This document shows, piece by piece, positions 12,825 through 24,898 of a stretch of DNA of 64,000 nt. Position numbers and translations under genes: made by a program. The notes below the pieces were generated by a model that did not search any database, was not told the origin of the DNA, and was given only the letters and a program-made list of their open reading frames with translations. The stretch lies in contig MU006120.1 of assembly GCA_010093705.1 (NCBI GenBank), positions 62,001 to 126,000 of the forward strand. The letters are read 5' to 3'. Origin of the DNA: Patellaria atrata CBS 101060 (taxonomy: Eukaryota). Position 1 is the stretch's first letter, and each line of letters starts with the position of its first letter.

Positions 12825-14145
12825 CTATAACGCATCCTCGAAATCATCCTCATCACTCTCCTCGCCCGCTGGTGTACCAGTAGCACTAGGTACCGCACTA
12901 CTCGTCTCCACTTTCGCCCCGGACATCATCGGCTCATCCATCTTAACTCTTTTCGCCTGCGGGGAGCCTTCGCCCGCCTCAACCGATGTCGCGGCCGTGA
13001 CGACATCCTCGAACTCATCTTCCTCCTCATCCTCATCCGTATCCTCCTCTTGCGCCGCCAGCTTTTCTCTCTCTTTCTCCGCCTCGAGTGCGAGAAAATA
13101 CGCATCGAGCGTCGCGCCACCGTTCTTCTTGTCCTCCTCGTCCTGTATCTCCGCTTTCAGCTTGGGAGGGGGTCCGAGGAAATCGAGGATATGGGGTTCA
13201 GACTTGTCTATGCCAGCGCCAGTTTCCTCGCCGGTGACAGTGGACAGACGGTACCACTCAGGCATCTTGTTCTGTGCCTGGAAATGGGCACGGCGCTCGA
13301 TTTTGGAAAGGTGGTCTGCAACGGAAGATTCTTTGCTCGTGGTAAGGTTGACGTCGACTTTTTGCTCGGAGGCGATGCCCTTGACCGCGGTGGGACGGAT
13401 GGTGGATTGCGATAGGATTTCCGTTTTCGGCTGTGGGTTTGTGGTTTCGTCGCGAGGGACGGGGACGAGAGCTTCCATTGCAAATTCACCAGTCGTAGGC
13501 GGTACGACGGTTTTATCGATTAGTTGAAGGAGCTCTAGGATGGACTTGAATTGTTTGTTGAATTTGGCGGGAGTGTCATCTTCTTCGGGGCCCATGTCGG
13601 CGTCCGTGTGTCGGTAGTCGAGGTGGTTACCACAACGCTTGCAGAGGAATCCGCTTCCTCCGCCCATGGGATCTATATTATCCATAGCCTCCATCAGTGT
13701 AAACTGTGATTGACAGCGTGGGCATGAAAGCTCTTTTTTCTCTTGAGTCGGTTTGGAGTTTTGTTTGATGAGCTCGTCGAGCTGATATATACGGTACTTG
13801 GTCGCATCGATAGCACGGCGGTAGTCGATATAGTAGTATTCCCGAGTGCTAGGTTTCTGTTGGCCCTCTCGCTGTTCTGATCGGGCGTAGACAGAAATAA
13901 GTCCTCCCTCTCGTAACCTTCCACACAGCTTTTGGACAGTCTTAGTCTGCTTCCCCAAGTCCATCACTAGCGCGAGGTCAGCTAAGGAGAGTCTGTGAGG
14001 GTGTGTCAGCCGGCTATCTTGGAAAAGAGAGGGCCGGCGGTGCAACGCACGCAGAATGGAAGACCAAGGCGTCGATAAGGACGACATGTTCAGTTTCATA
14101 GAAAGCGCGAACGACGCTCCTAACCAGAACTTTGGCTTGTTCCAT
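12825..14145 (-). CDS. TFA1: Transcription initiation factor TFIIE alpha subunit; intron 13993-14050
   Basis: MEQAKVLVRSVVRAFY start, YYYIDYRRAIDATKYR, zinc ribbon CPRC...CKRC, MPEWY, acidic DDDFEDA tail. Confidence 0.93.
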
Positions 14146-14563
14146 CGTAGCGAAATTCGCTATGGATCAGGGAGCTTCGAGCTCTAGAGCTCTCGACGTA
14201 AGCGGGTCGCAGGAAGAATTTGAGAAGTTTTGAAAATAGGATTGGGTTGGTACAAAAAGGTCCAAAAGGTAAGTTATAGGTGCGGACTAAAGAGCGACAA
14301 GTGAAATGGAAGATAAGAAAAGTAGATGCGAACAATTGATACTTTTTGCGACTTTACCATGACAGCTTTGTCTTCTGACGGCTTGATGCACACGGTCAGT
14401 CGAGAATCGGTTGGCGGTGAAATTCATCTGCCGGCAGAATCTTGAAGGGAAAATTCCACATCACGTGTAAGCTTATGAGCTCAAAAGTTGCTCGACATTA
14501 GGGAGTTTCGGAAATATCTCATAAACAATTGCGGCGCAATCTGATGCTCATTAGACTTCCAGT

Positions 14564-16590
14564 ATGGTCGTCGAGGAGCGCCCCATTGAACCTGTTGCGG
14601 CACCGAACGACACGACGAAGCAATCAAACCACCAACGGCCTGATCCCACTTCTAGTAGAGGGAAGAAGCGAAGATGGGAGAACAAGGGTTTCAAGCATGG
14701 TAGTCGCGCGCCTCGTTCAGGAGGTCAGAGGGGGGATACTGGGCGAGTCGCGTACTTGTAAGGGACTTCAATTCTGCGGAGACACCTATTTTTGAAGTCA
14801 AAACTAAATATACGAGCAACCAAAATATAGACAAGCGAGCGCGGAATGACGCATCACGGGCGAAACGTCAAAAGACCGATGATGATGGTACCAGCACTCC
14901 AAACTCAGTCCTACCTGCTCCCTTTGCCAAAGAAGAAATCGATGCGGAGGAGAGAAGACCGAAGAGAAAGGTTGCGGTGTTAATCGGATACTCTGGTACC
15001 GGATACAAGGGCATGCAAATCAACACTACGGAGAAGACCATTGAAGGTGATCTCTTCACGGCGTTTGTGAAAGCTGGAGCGATCTCAAAAGCTAATGCGG
15101 ACGATCCGAAGAAATCAACTCTGGTGCGCTGTGCGAGGACAGATAAAGGCGTCCACGCTGCAGGAAATGTCATTTCTCTAAAGTTGATCGTCGAAGATCC
15201 AGATATTGTAAAAAATATTAACGAACATCTACCACCTCAGATCAGGGTATGGGGGATTGAGCGGACCATTGGCAGTTTCAGCTGTTACCAAGCGTGCGAT
15301 TCACGATGGTACGAATATCTGATACCAACCCACTCTTTTCTCCCGCCGCATCCATCAACCTATCTTGGCAGAAAGTCAGAACAACTTGCAAAAGAAAATG
15401 GGGATCTGGAGGGTTACCGAGGGCGGCAAAAGGAGGTCGAGGACTTCTGGTCTGAAACTGAAAAGAAAGTTATCAGACCAATCCTTGATACTTTAGACGA
15501 AACAATGCGAAAACTGGTTGAGAAGGCGTTGTATGAATTCGATTTGGATCCAGACCATACGGATGATCAGGATACAGAGATGCTCGAAGTCTCTACCGCA
15601 AACGTATCCATATCTGAACCGGTTCCATGTGCCGAGGAAGTAATAAAGACGGGAGAAGAGGGGATAGAAGATGTTTCTAACCTTCAACCCACGTCTTCCA
15701 TTATCGTACCTGACTCAGAAAACGAAGGAAAGTTATTAGCAGACGAGACTAAGGATTGTAAGCTGAGTATTGACGACAAGAAGGCACTAAATGCTGCCAT
15801 CAAAGCTCTTAAATCTGCCTATTTAGGCGCAAAGAGAGCTTATCGAATCTCCCGTGCGCGTATTGCGCGCATAGAGGAAGCGTTATCCATGTATGAGGGT
15901 ACAAAGAACTACCATAACTTCACGATCAATAAAACCTTCCATAACGCCTCAGCTAATCGGCACATCAAGTCCTTCAAAGTCAACCCTGATCCTATCATGA
16001 TCCATGAGACCGAATGGCTTTCATTGAAGGTACATGGTCAGTCTTTTATGATGCATCAAATTAGGAAAATGGTTGGTATGGCAACATTGGTTGTACGTTG
16101 TGGGTGTCCAATCAGTAGGATTCAGGATTGCTTTGGACCTGCAGATGTTAGCATACCAAAGGCGCCCGGAATAGGATTACTACTAGAGAGGCCAGTCTTT
16201 GATACTTATAATGGGAAAACAGAAAAGTTCGAGAAGGAGAAGATAGATTTCGGGAAGTACGAGGTGGATATACTTGAGTTCAAGCAGAGGGAAATTTATG
16301 ACAAGATCTTCCTCGAGGAAGAGAAGGAATCACAGTAAGTTACCTTGAGACATAAATTGAAGTGCATACTAACCGTAGCTTTCAGGTTCAATACATTCTT
16401 CTCTCAGATCGATAACTATAAAGAACCATATTTCTTGTATTTAACTTCCGGGGGAATTGCAGCAGCTAAAGATCCACGATCTGTCTCTGCTGCGGAAGGT
16501 GGAGGCAGTAAGAAGAACAAAGGAAAGAAGATACCCAAGCCACCTGTAGATTCAGAGGATGAACGAGATCAGGAGCCTGAAGAAGGATGA
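14564..16590 (+). CDS. PUS1: tRNA pseudouridine synthase Pus1 (TruA family); introns 14758-14816 and 16335-16385
   Basis: KRKVAVLIGYSGTGYKGMQ, catalytic ARTDKGVHA, YHNFT, GQSFMMHQIRKMVG, IPKAPGIGLLL. Confidence 0.95.
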
Positions 16591-17129
16591 GAGACGAAGC
16601 ACTTTGATAGAAATCGACCATCTAGCTATCAAGTGCTCTAAACATTCCCTTGTGACATCTGTTGCTTCTTAAGTGTGTAGCGCAAATAACAACCAGACAT
16701 CGACTTAATACATAAATATACAAAGCCCATGAGAAGAGGTCAAGCAATACAATACCACCATCGGTATTGAAGCCAGCGACTGTTACACAATATATGAGTA
16801 CTATCTGACACCTACTGTGCTCCAACTTAATATTACGAAGGTAAAACATGAGTTCGGTATAATATTTTCAATCAACGCTCCAATACACTTCTAACGTCAG
16901 GATGCCTTTAAAATACAACGGTTACATCTTAAAATACTTTGTACCCTGCACTAGTATTATATTAGCCAATAATATGTCCTAACATCGTACCTTATACTGC
17001 CTTGGTCGTACCATACTGCACTCCACTTCTCGCTTCCGTCCCGAGCGCACCTCACACTCAATATTCCACAAAAGTCTCTTACAATACTAGTTCAATTATT
17101 ACAGCGATCAAAATTTTCGAAGAAAACGC

Positions 17130-17201
17130 AGTCCAATGGTCTAGTGGTATGACGTTCGCTTCACACGCGAAAGGTCCAGGGTTCGATCCCCTGTTGGACT
17201 A
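17130..17201 (+). tRNA. tRNA-Val (anticodon CAC), intronless
   Basis: Acceptor stem AGTCCAA/TTGGACT, A box TGGTCTAGTGG, anticodon arm TTCGC-TT CAC AC-GCGAA, T loop GGTTCGATCC, downstream T-runs. Confidence 0.96.
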
Positions 17202-17570
17202 CATTATTGCTCTTTTGCTTCTTGGTATGGTATTTTTTGGTTCTTTTGTGGTTAGGGATGAATACTCAGCATTCGGTGGTAGGATTTCTACTGCTCACAT
17301 AGAGAGGGTTTGAGATTATAGGTTCTTCTTACTGTTTTAATCTTGCATTAGAACCAGGTAAAAAGTATTGTGTCAAGTCAATCAAGGAATTACATCTTTA
17401 TTAAACAGTGGAGCGTAGCCGTGAGTTACAACTAATTAGTTCTTTGAGACCCATATGCAACTGTTATTTATTCATCCAGTGATTCATAATTCTTATTATC
17501 AATCGATTACTATCCGGTATATCCAGCGCCAATCCTGTTCAGTACCCTGATCCTAACCAGTACCCTTATC

Positions 17571-20027
17571 CTATGTTGTGACCGCTAGATCCCTAAGTGC
17601 ACGCTCAAGAACACCTTTCATACTACCGAACAGCACCATGCTTTCGTGTCGGTTTCGAGTTCCGGCCGGGAACACCACGTCCCGGAGCTCGTCCACACAT
17701 GGAATTAACGAGCGGTAATATGTGCTAAACTCTCGGTGTAGTCCATCCGTGAAGTCAGATTTGTCGCTTACAATTCCCTTTTTCACCTCAGCCAATTCAA
17801 TCATGTCCATATAATTCCATTTCTCGAAAGCTTGCACAATTCGTGCGTGTTCTTTTCCTGGTCCGGTATAGTGTATACAAATCCAAAAGAGGACCCAAAA
17901 GAAGGATTCTAGATCGTGTATAAACGTGTGCTCCTCGTTTCTAAGCACAGCAATTGCCATAAACGCCGACGTACCCGTTCTACCACGAGATCCTGAAGGT
18001 GCGGCTCTGTCTCTATCGATCGCAAGATCCAAATCAATGATGAATCCCTTGCCTGTTGAGCCATGAATCATCAGATTGTTAATGGATATATCTCGATGGA
18101 TCAAGCTGGCCTCGTTATATAAAGACTCGTACCCTTCAATACAATCCTTTATAGCACTAAGAAGAGCTGTAGGAGTCTTCGCGTTGTAAATTTCCTGACC
18201 GTAATCCTGGAGAATAACACGTCGATGAACTCTATTGTGGACGGTAGCAGTCTTTGACCACTTCCGTTTCCTACTGGCATCCGATTCGGCTATTGATGTA
18301 GAATCAAGCTTAAACAGGTCAGAACGTGGAAACCAGTTGCAATTACATTCCATTGTATCAAGATTCTTTCGCACATTGCTGACCACGTCGTCATCGGTCG
18401 CTCCAACTTGTACCGTTTCGTGATGGTAATATGTTGCAACATTCTTCACGTTTGCCATGGCTGCTTTTTCAAGCATTTCGCCTTCCTCAACCCGTTCACA
18501 ATATTGCCATGAATCTTTGATTACCAGAGGCGACGCCAACGAGTTATCATTGGGATAAGCCTCCCAACACGTTGTCGCCCGTCCAACAATACAAGCTGTT
18601 CGACGAATGCATTTGCCAAGACGTAAAGTTTCAGTTTGGCCTTTGCGCTTTATTTCAATGTACGTGTGCTCAGAGCTGTCGTCTTTATGCTTGATCGTGG
18701 GATCAAACCCCATATCTACTTCGCTCATTAACTGAAATCCGAGCATGACGGTAATAAATCGGCGATGCTCCTTGTTGATATCGAACTCAGTTGATCCAAT
18801 AACCCCACTTCGATCGAACTCCCACAATCGCATGATTGAACCGCAGAGAGTAAAGCCAAGAACAAATCGGCGAGACTGCTGCGCGATAAATATTTCCCTC
18901 ACATATCGTGCTAGATCGACCCACGCCGCGGATCGCCTCGTGGGGATGTCCTCCTGGATGTTACTCTTCAATTCACCAGGGACATGAACCTTGAGCCAGC
19001 TATGGTCGACATGCTTCGGATCATTGCCTTGCACAAACGCGATGTCCACTTTTCTAATGGCTGTTGAGCCCTGCTGCCCTTTGTTCGGCCTAGCTACAAG
19101 CACACGTGCACGGGTACGAGAGCTTTCGGGAACAAAGGCCCAAAAGCGTTCATTGATACCCTCAAGGAAGCGTACAACACCTGATTGAATAGCGCTCGTA
19201 GGCCAACCTTCCCATCCGTTCAGTTGTATCGTTTCCGACTCGGCTTGACACTTCTCAAGTACAGTGTCAACTAGGCTGTTGAAATTTTCAATATTTTGAA
19301 AGTATTTGACCTCGAATTCTGGTACGTCGGAAATTATGGACTCAATTTCGCCTCGTATGACATCATCCATGTACCTCCTGTTTTCTGAGGAATTTACGGA
19401 ACTTCCAGTATTGCGTGTAGATGGAGTTTGAGTGGATATAGTCGACTGTTTAATGGGTGTGACTGGTGTGACCTGTGTGATTGGGTGCTTCGATTCTACA
19501 ACATCATAAACCCTTAGCCAAATAACATGATCCGGTTCTTTGTTGAGGACGGTCACTAGTAATCTCAATATAGGGTCGAGGGGGGAAATGATGGAGTCCA
19601 ACGACAATATATAAAGAAGATCTTGCTTTAATCGCTGCCGCCCCTTGCCCCTGCTGGCGCTGGACAGATATGAGCATGCACCGAGCCGAGCAAGGGTGAA
19701 CATGAGTTCTTCAGATAATGCTGTTAGGTCTACTCAATGGTCAGTAAGATGAGACGTTGTGTATCGGAGGGTATATATGGAACAGCCTGTGAAATTCCAC
19801 TTACGTAGTGCGTCTATAGTCCTCAAGTCTACATCGCTGATTGGGAGTGTAAAGTGGCTGTAGTCTTGGGAAAATTTGGCGCAAAAGTTATCCAAGCCAT
19901 GCTCTATAGCAAAATCCCTTAGGATGGCATTCATCGCCGGATCGATCTGAGGTGCCATGCTGTCTTGAGAGTGCGTAGAACTCAAACTCCTGGGAAAAGG
20001 ACTCCCAGAAGAAGAGGGACTGGCCAT
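17571..20027 (-). CDS. Fungal-type protein kinase (FunK1 / Pkinase_fungal); intron 19730-19804
   Basis: VPGELKS, FVLGFTLCGSIMRLWEFDRSG, GRATTCW, VIKDSW, HRDISINN, IIDLDLA, RTGTSAFMA, HDLESFFWV; the splice joins ORF 19734-20027 in frame. Confidence 0.92.
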
Positions 20028-20602
20028 CCTGAAGTCTTATATACTCGTCGTTGAAATTCTTGACCCCCCCCTCCGGTGTTGTGACCAGGGAACAGTAAGT
20101 TCAGTAACCCCCTTCACAGTGTGGCGTACAGAAAACGGTAAAACAGCCAGTCAGGTAATAAAGTCAGGTCACACAGGGCGGTCCATGGGGACGAAGGCGT
20201 AATGGTCTCCTTGAGCCTTGTTCCCATGCGTGATGAGATGTTGCTACTGTACAGTTTAATGTTTTGTATTTAGAACAATGCGCGGACGTTAGAATAAGCT
20301 TGACGTTGAAGATTTGCTGATGTGCAAGGTGATGTTGATGATGCATGTGGAATGTTGGACCGCGACTTAAAAGTACAAGGGGACGTCGCGCCTTGACGTG
20401 TGCACGTGACGGCAGTCCTTATTACTTAGTCATGGAGGAGGACCATAAGGTGCTAATCATAAAAAGAATTCCGACAATAGTGTCCCCTTCAGCAGAATTA
20501 TTAAATAGTTAAGTTCAGATTGCACGAGAAATACAAGACTAGGTTTGTCTGTAGTTCTGCAGGATTTTTGAGCACTAGAATCTTCGTTCTCCCTCCACTC
20601 AA

Positions 20603-22364
20603 ATGGATGCTGGTGGACAACTGAACCCATATATATGTGAGCAATGTAATAAGCCTTATAGAAGAGGTGCGTATGCAATCGGTTAATCTGTTACTTTTTT
20701 GTCCTAGTCATAATTTATGGCCTTTACACCAACTCCCAAGGCCGTCCTCATATGATTAACGTTATTAACAGACGACCTGTTAGCACGTCATCGAAGACGA
20801 TGTCAGCCAAAAAAAGTTTTCTCAAAGCGCAAAGCATGTACAGAATGTGTTCGATCAAAACAGAAATGCTGCTACACTCAGCCAACTTGTCCACGCTGCG
20901 CGAAGCGCGGATTTCGTTGCGAATATGTCACACCTAACGCTGCTATTGGTGAAAACAACACCGTCGATGTAAACCCTGATAGTGAGATGACTGAGGATAC
21001 TTCCATGCCGCATGCAAACACGAGCATAGCTCCAGCCATACTACCTCAAAATGTGACTTCTGCTCATGCTATGTGGGACTATCGATTAGATACACCTCCT
21101 CATTCCTGGTCGACTGATCTCCTAACGTTCGCCCCGCAAAACGACAGCATCGAAACGATAATTGCAGAAACAACCGCAGAAAATACTATCCCATTGAATA
21201 CTAACTCCTCTTTGTATGAAGGCGAAACTCTACCTGTTGACAGTACAACTTGGTCCGGTATATCTTTACCAAGTATTCCTTCTGTCACTCTAGCGGACTC
21301 GAACATTGATTCAATGCTGAATGATGTTCCGGAACAAGGAATATCTCTAGCTAAGCTAGTTCACGTACTTCAAGAATACCCCAAACTCTTTCTCCGCGAC
21401 GGATACAGATCTCCTATTATTCACCGCGAGCTCTATCACCATGGCTCAACTCGCGACATTACCGAAATGCAAAGATCATCAATAGCAATCTCTTGCGCGG
21501 TCGGGTTTGATCTTAAGGAAAGCTGTACCTTTACGCAGCGGGTTATAAACTCAGAAAGAACTCGCTTGGTCGAAACTTTTGTAAGCATCTCAGATCCGAA
21601 AACTACTAAACAACTGATGACACTTTCCCAAGCATGCATTGAGTTGTGTCGATGAGATGGACGCCTTACATGCCATGCTATTGTATGAAATAACGGAGCT
21701 CCGTGAGTGTCTCAATGATGGTGAAAGATGGAGATCCGGGTCCCGTCCGAAGGGTCTCCACAGACTGTTGCTGCTAAAAGTGTGTAAATTATCTCTTCTT
21801 CGTCAGATTATGTCAAAGGTCTATTATCCCTTGTATACTTTTCGCTTTCAGAGTTCCTCGTGTCACCGCGAACTTACTTTAGTACAGATGACCAAACGGT
21901 TCTGCGAATCACATCCAGAAGCATACAATGACTCAACACAAATATCTTACCGAGAAGACATTTCCTTTGGTTCGGCTTCAAAAGCGTGGAACACTTGGTA
22001 TGTCGCTGAAGCTGCTCGACGGCTTATTTTCCTAGTCAATATAACGAACTTCCTTGCCGGTATCGATCCGGGCAGTGGGAGACAGTCACCCTATTATGAG
22101 CCTCTTAGTGATGATTTGATCCTTAATATGTCACTTCCGAGCAGCACAGCATTATGGGAAGCTCGCTGTGAAGCAGACTGGCTCGATTCACTACGGCAGT
22201 TAGAGATGGGTATGCAATCAGGCGGGAAAGATACCATCAGGAGATTACTGGATACACACACAAAAGATGATATTCGGATGATATATAGCAACGACTATGG
22301 TCTTGGAAACTCTAATGATTTCAGGGGCTTCGTTATTCTCGCTGCTCTTGAGCAATTTAGCTAG
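20603..22364 (+). CDS. Transcription factor with N-terminal C2H2-type (C2HC) finger plus Zn2Cys6 cluster; introns 20667-20771, 21581-21632, ~21780-21887
   Basis: Spliced N-terminus MDAGGQLNPYICEQCNKPYRRDDLLARHRRRC then KACTECVRSKQKCCYTQPTCPRCAKRGFRC; C-terminal WYVAEAARRL and LPSSTALWEA motifs. Confidence 0.88.
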
Positions 22365-22812
22365 GCACAATTCTCTATCGAACGTTTGAAAGGTCAAAAC
22401 ATCCGTGGTGGTTCGGATAAATAGATGAGCTAGATTGTAGATGAGAGTTAACTACCGTATGAGTACTGTATTGTGCCGTTATATATAAAGATAGAATGAA
22501 GTTTGATTTAAGGTTGGTCTGGCGCTTGCTCCCGTCTGAGCCCCTGCACTTGGCTTTTCATTGGCTGTTTCGACATTAGAAGTAGGTCACGTGCACCACT
22601 TAGATGAAACAACATCGAACTTCTTCTTTAATATCACAAGCGACACGCTCCCCCAAGTCCAAGAACTTCACAGCACCCCCTTACCGCTTGTGCGACGAAA
22701 CCACTCCCTTTCTCTGTGTGTGTCCTTTGAGGCGCAGTCCATTCCTTTTGAAACTTCAGTCGCTCTTTGATCTTTCAATTTTCTCTTTGACAATTACTTT
22801 CTTTACGCAAAT

Positions 22813-23995
22813 ATGCGTCCCTTTTCCCTGACGACGGCCCTTTTGGCTGGTCTTTCTCTCCTTGTATCCAATGCTGCTGCGCAGACATGGACAGACTGTA
22901 ACCCTCTCGAGCGGACTGATTGCCCCAATATGCCCGCCTTAAGTACGAACATGACGTTCAACCTGACCGAGGGTAAACTGTTTTCTCGAGACCTATGGAA
23001 CACGACCAATGGCAAAATCAGAGACAGCGACGAAGGTGCTCTCTTCAAGATCGGTGGCCGCGGCGATTCCCCTACCATTCAATCCAAATTCTACATATTC
23101 TTCGGAACAGTTCAGGTCGTCATGCGTGCGGCGCGGGGACGAGGGGTCATTTCAAGTATTGTGCTTCAAAGTGAGGACCTTGATGAGATTGATTGGGAAT
23201 TCAAGGGCGGCGATGAGGAACACGTCCACACCAACTACTTTGGCAAAGGTGACTCGGAGAACTTCGACCGTGGCGAACATCACGAGGTCGAATCGCCGAT
23301 GGATAGCTTCCACAACTATACGGTAAACTGGAACCAGGACGTGCTGGAATGGTGGATTAATAATAAGAAAGTCCGTACTCTGAAGTATAGTGAAGCGAGC
23401 AATGGAACGAGATATCCCCAAACCCCTGTGACTGTTCGATTGGGTATCTGGGTTGGTGGTGATCCCGAAGTTGGTAACACAAATGGGACGGTTGAATGGG
23501 CTGGCGGTCTCACGGACTATAACGAAGCTCCGTTCACTATGACGGTAGCTAGCGTATATGCGAGGGATGCTCATCAAGCCAAGGAATATCGTTGGGGCGA
23601 CAAAACTGGTTCTTGGGAGAGCATTGAGTTGATCCAGTACGTCCTTGGGATCCCCCGATCTCTGAGTATAGCTAACCATATCCTTCACTTACAGGGGCAA
23701 GTCGATTGTCGTAGATTACCAAGAAACACCACACGGTGTTAAGAATCGCTGGAACGCTCTACCACAAGCTGCCCAGATCGGCATTATATGCGGAACTAGT
23801 GGAGGTGCTCTCACCATCTTGGCTTTCATCGCATTCTGCTGCATCAAGCAACGCCGTGCCGGTCGTCGAGAGTATGCTGCTGCAATGGCTATTCAGCAGC
23901 GCGAAGCACTTGAGGATGCAGAGCATAAGAGACGTATGGCTGCCGATGAGGGTTATAGTTGGGCAAAGCAGAATGAAAGCTATAGAAGGATCTGA
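22813..23995 (+). CDS. GH16 Crh-family cell wall transglycosylase with C-terminal transmembrane helix; one intron near 23637-23693
   Basis: Signal peptide, QTWTDCNPL, catalytic DEIDWE, TNYFGKG, YPQTP, GIWVGGD, EWAGG; last exon IGIICGTSGGALTILAFIAFCCIKQRRAGRRE. Confidence 0.92.
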
Positions 23996-24810
23996 GTGCT
24001 CCGGGCCTCAGGATACGGTTCAATGCTGTGTTGTGGTCACCATAGGAGAGAGAAGAGAATGAGTCAATTTCTCTACAGTATGATTGCGGATACCCAATTT
24101 TCATGTATACTGATGCAAGGAGCGGTATGGTAGAGCGGAGCCATCTATCAAGCAGGTCTTAAATAGTATCGGTCGCCCTTTCTACATAGCTCCATTGGTT
24201 CGAATTCAAAGGAGTCTACCTTGCTTTAAGGGTCTCTAATCGCGTGCTTCCTTTGCCTGTGATTCGAGTCCTCCTATCGTTCATTTCACCTCATATCTGC
24301 AACCCTCCCATAGGTGTCCCTCTCAGCCTGGTACTAGTATGGCTCAGCCTACATCATAGCTGTGCAATATATTTGGTCGCAGTAGTGTAAAAAAAAACCT
24401 TGAACTCTGATCTATGTCCTTAAGAGTACTCTACATGGCCGGAGTCCTTCTGAGAAACCTAATACTCCTACGTGAACCATTCTGCTCCGGTGCCAAGAAC
24501 CACTTTACTCCGACATTTCGGATCACAGTAGTAGACGATGACATATCTTTTGTCGAATAACACTCATCATGGCAGACTTATCGAAGAAGATCTTGATAGA
24601 ACTACTAGCAACTTCTTCAATATGTCGGAGTGTTGTGGCTTTCCGAAACAAGGCCTCTCTCTGCTACGTTCCCATTCTTAGTGATATTTGTCAAACCTCA
24701 CGATGATTAAAAATACCGTCAATCAGTGTTTCCTATTTGATTAGTAAAATCCTTTGTAGCTGTCGTGGATGCTTTGAAGGTGAGTGATGGCAACATGCAG
24801 TCCATTCGGG

Positions 24811-24817
24811 TATAAAA
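24811..24817 (+). promoter_or_regulatory. TATA box of the 479-aa orphan gene
   Basis: TATAAAA 88 nt upstream of the ATG at 24899. Confidence 0.55.
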
Positions 24818-24898
24818 GACGGCTGTCTGCCATTATAGGCCCAAACATTCAATTCGTTTTCTTCTATCCCAAAGCTACAGATATTTTCGTCTCAAAAT

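Noticed and set aside
17002..17313. 103-aa ORF
   Set aside because: Overlaps the tRNA-Val gene and has a TTG start; spurious
20800..20830. Apparent frameshift in the A7 run between ATG 20800 and the Zn2Cys6 frame
   Set aside because: Upstream exon 20603-20666 splices in frame and yields a sensible zinc finger, so no frameshift is needed
21780..21887. Stwintron (nested intron) at the GTGTGTAAAT donor
   Set aside because: Removing an inner intron leaves neither a consensus donor nor an outer intron of plausible length
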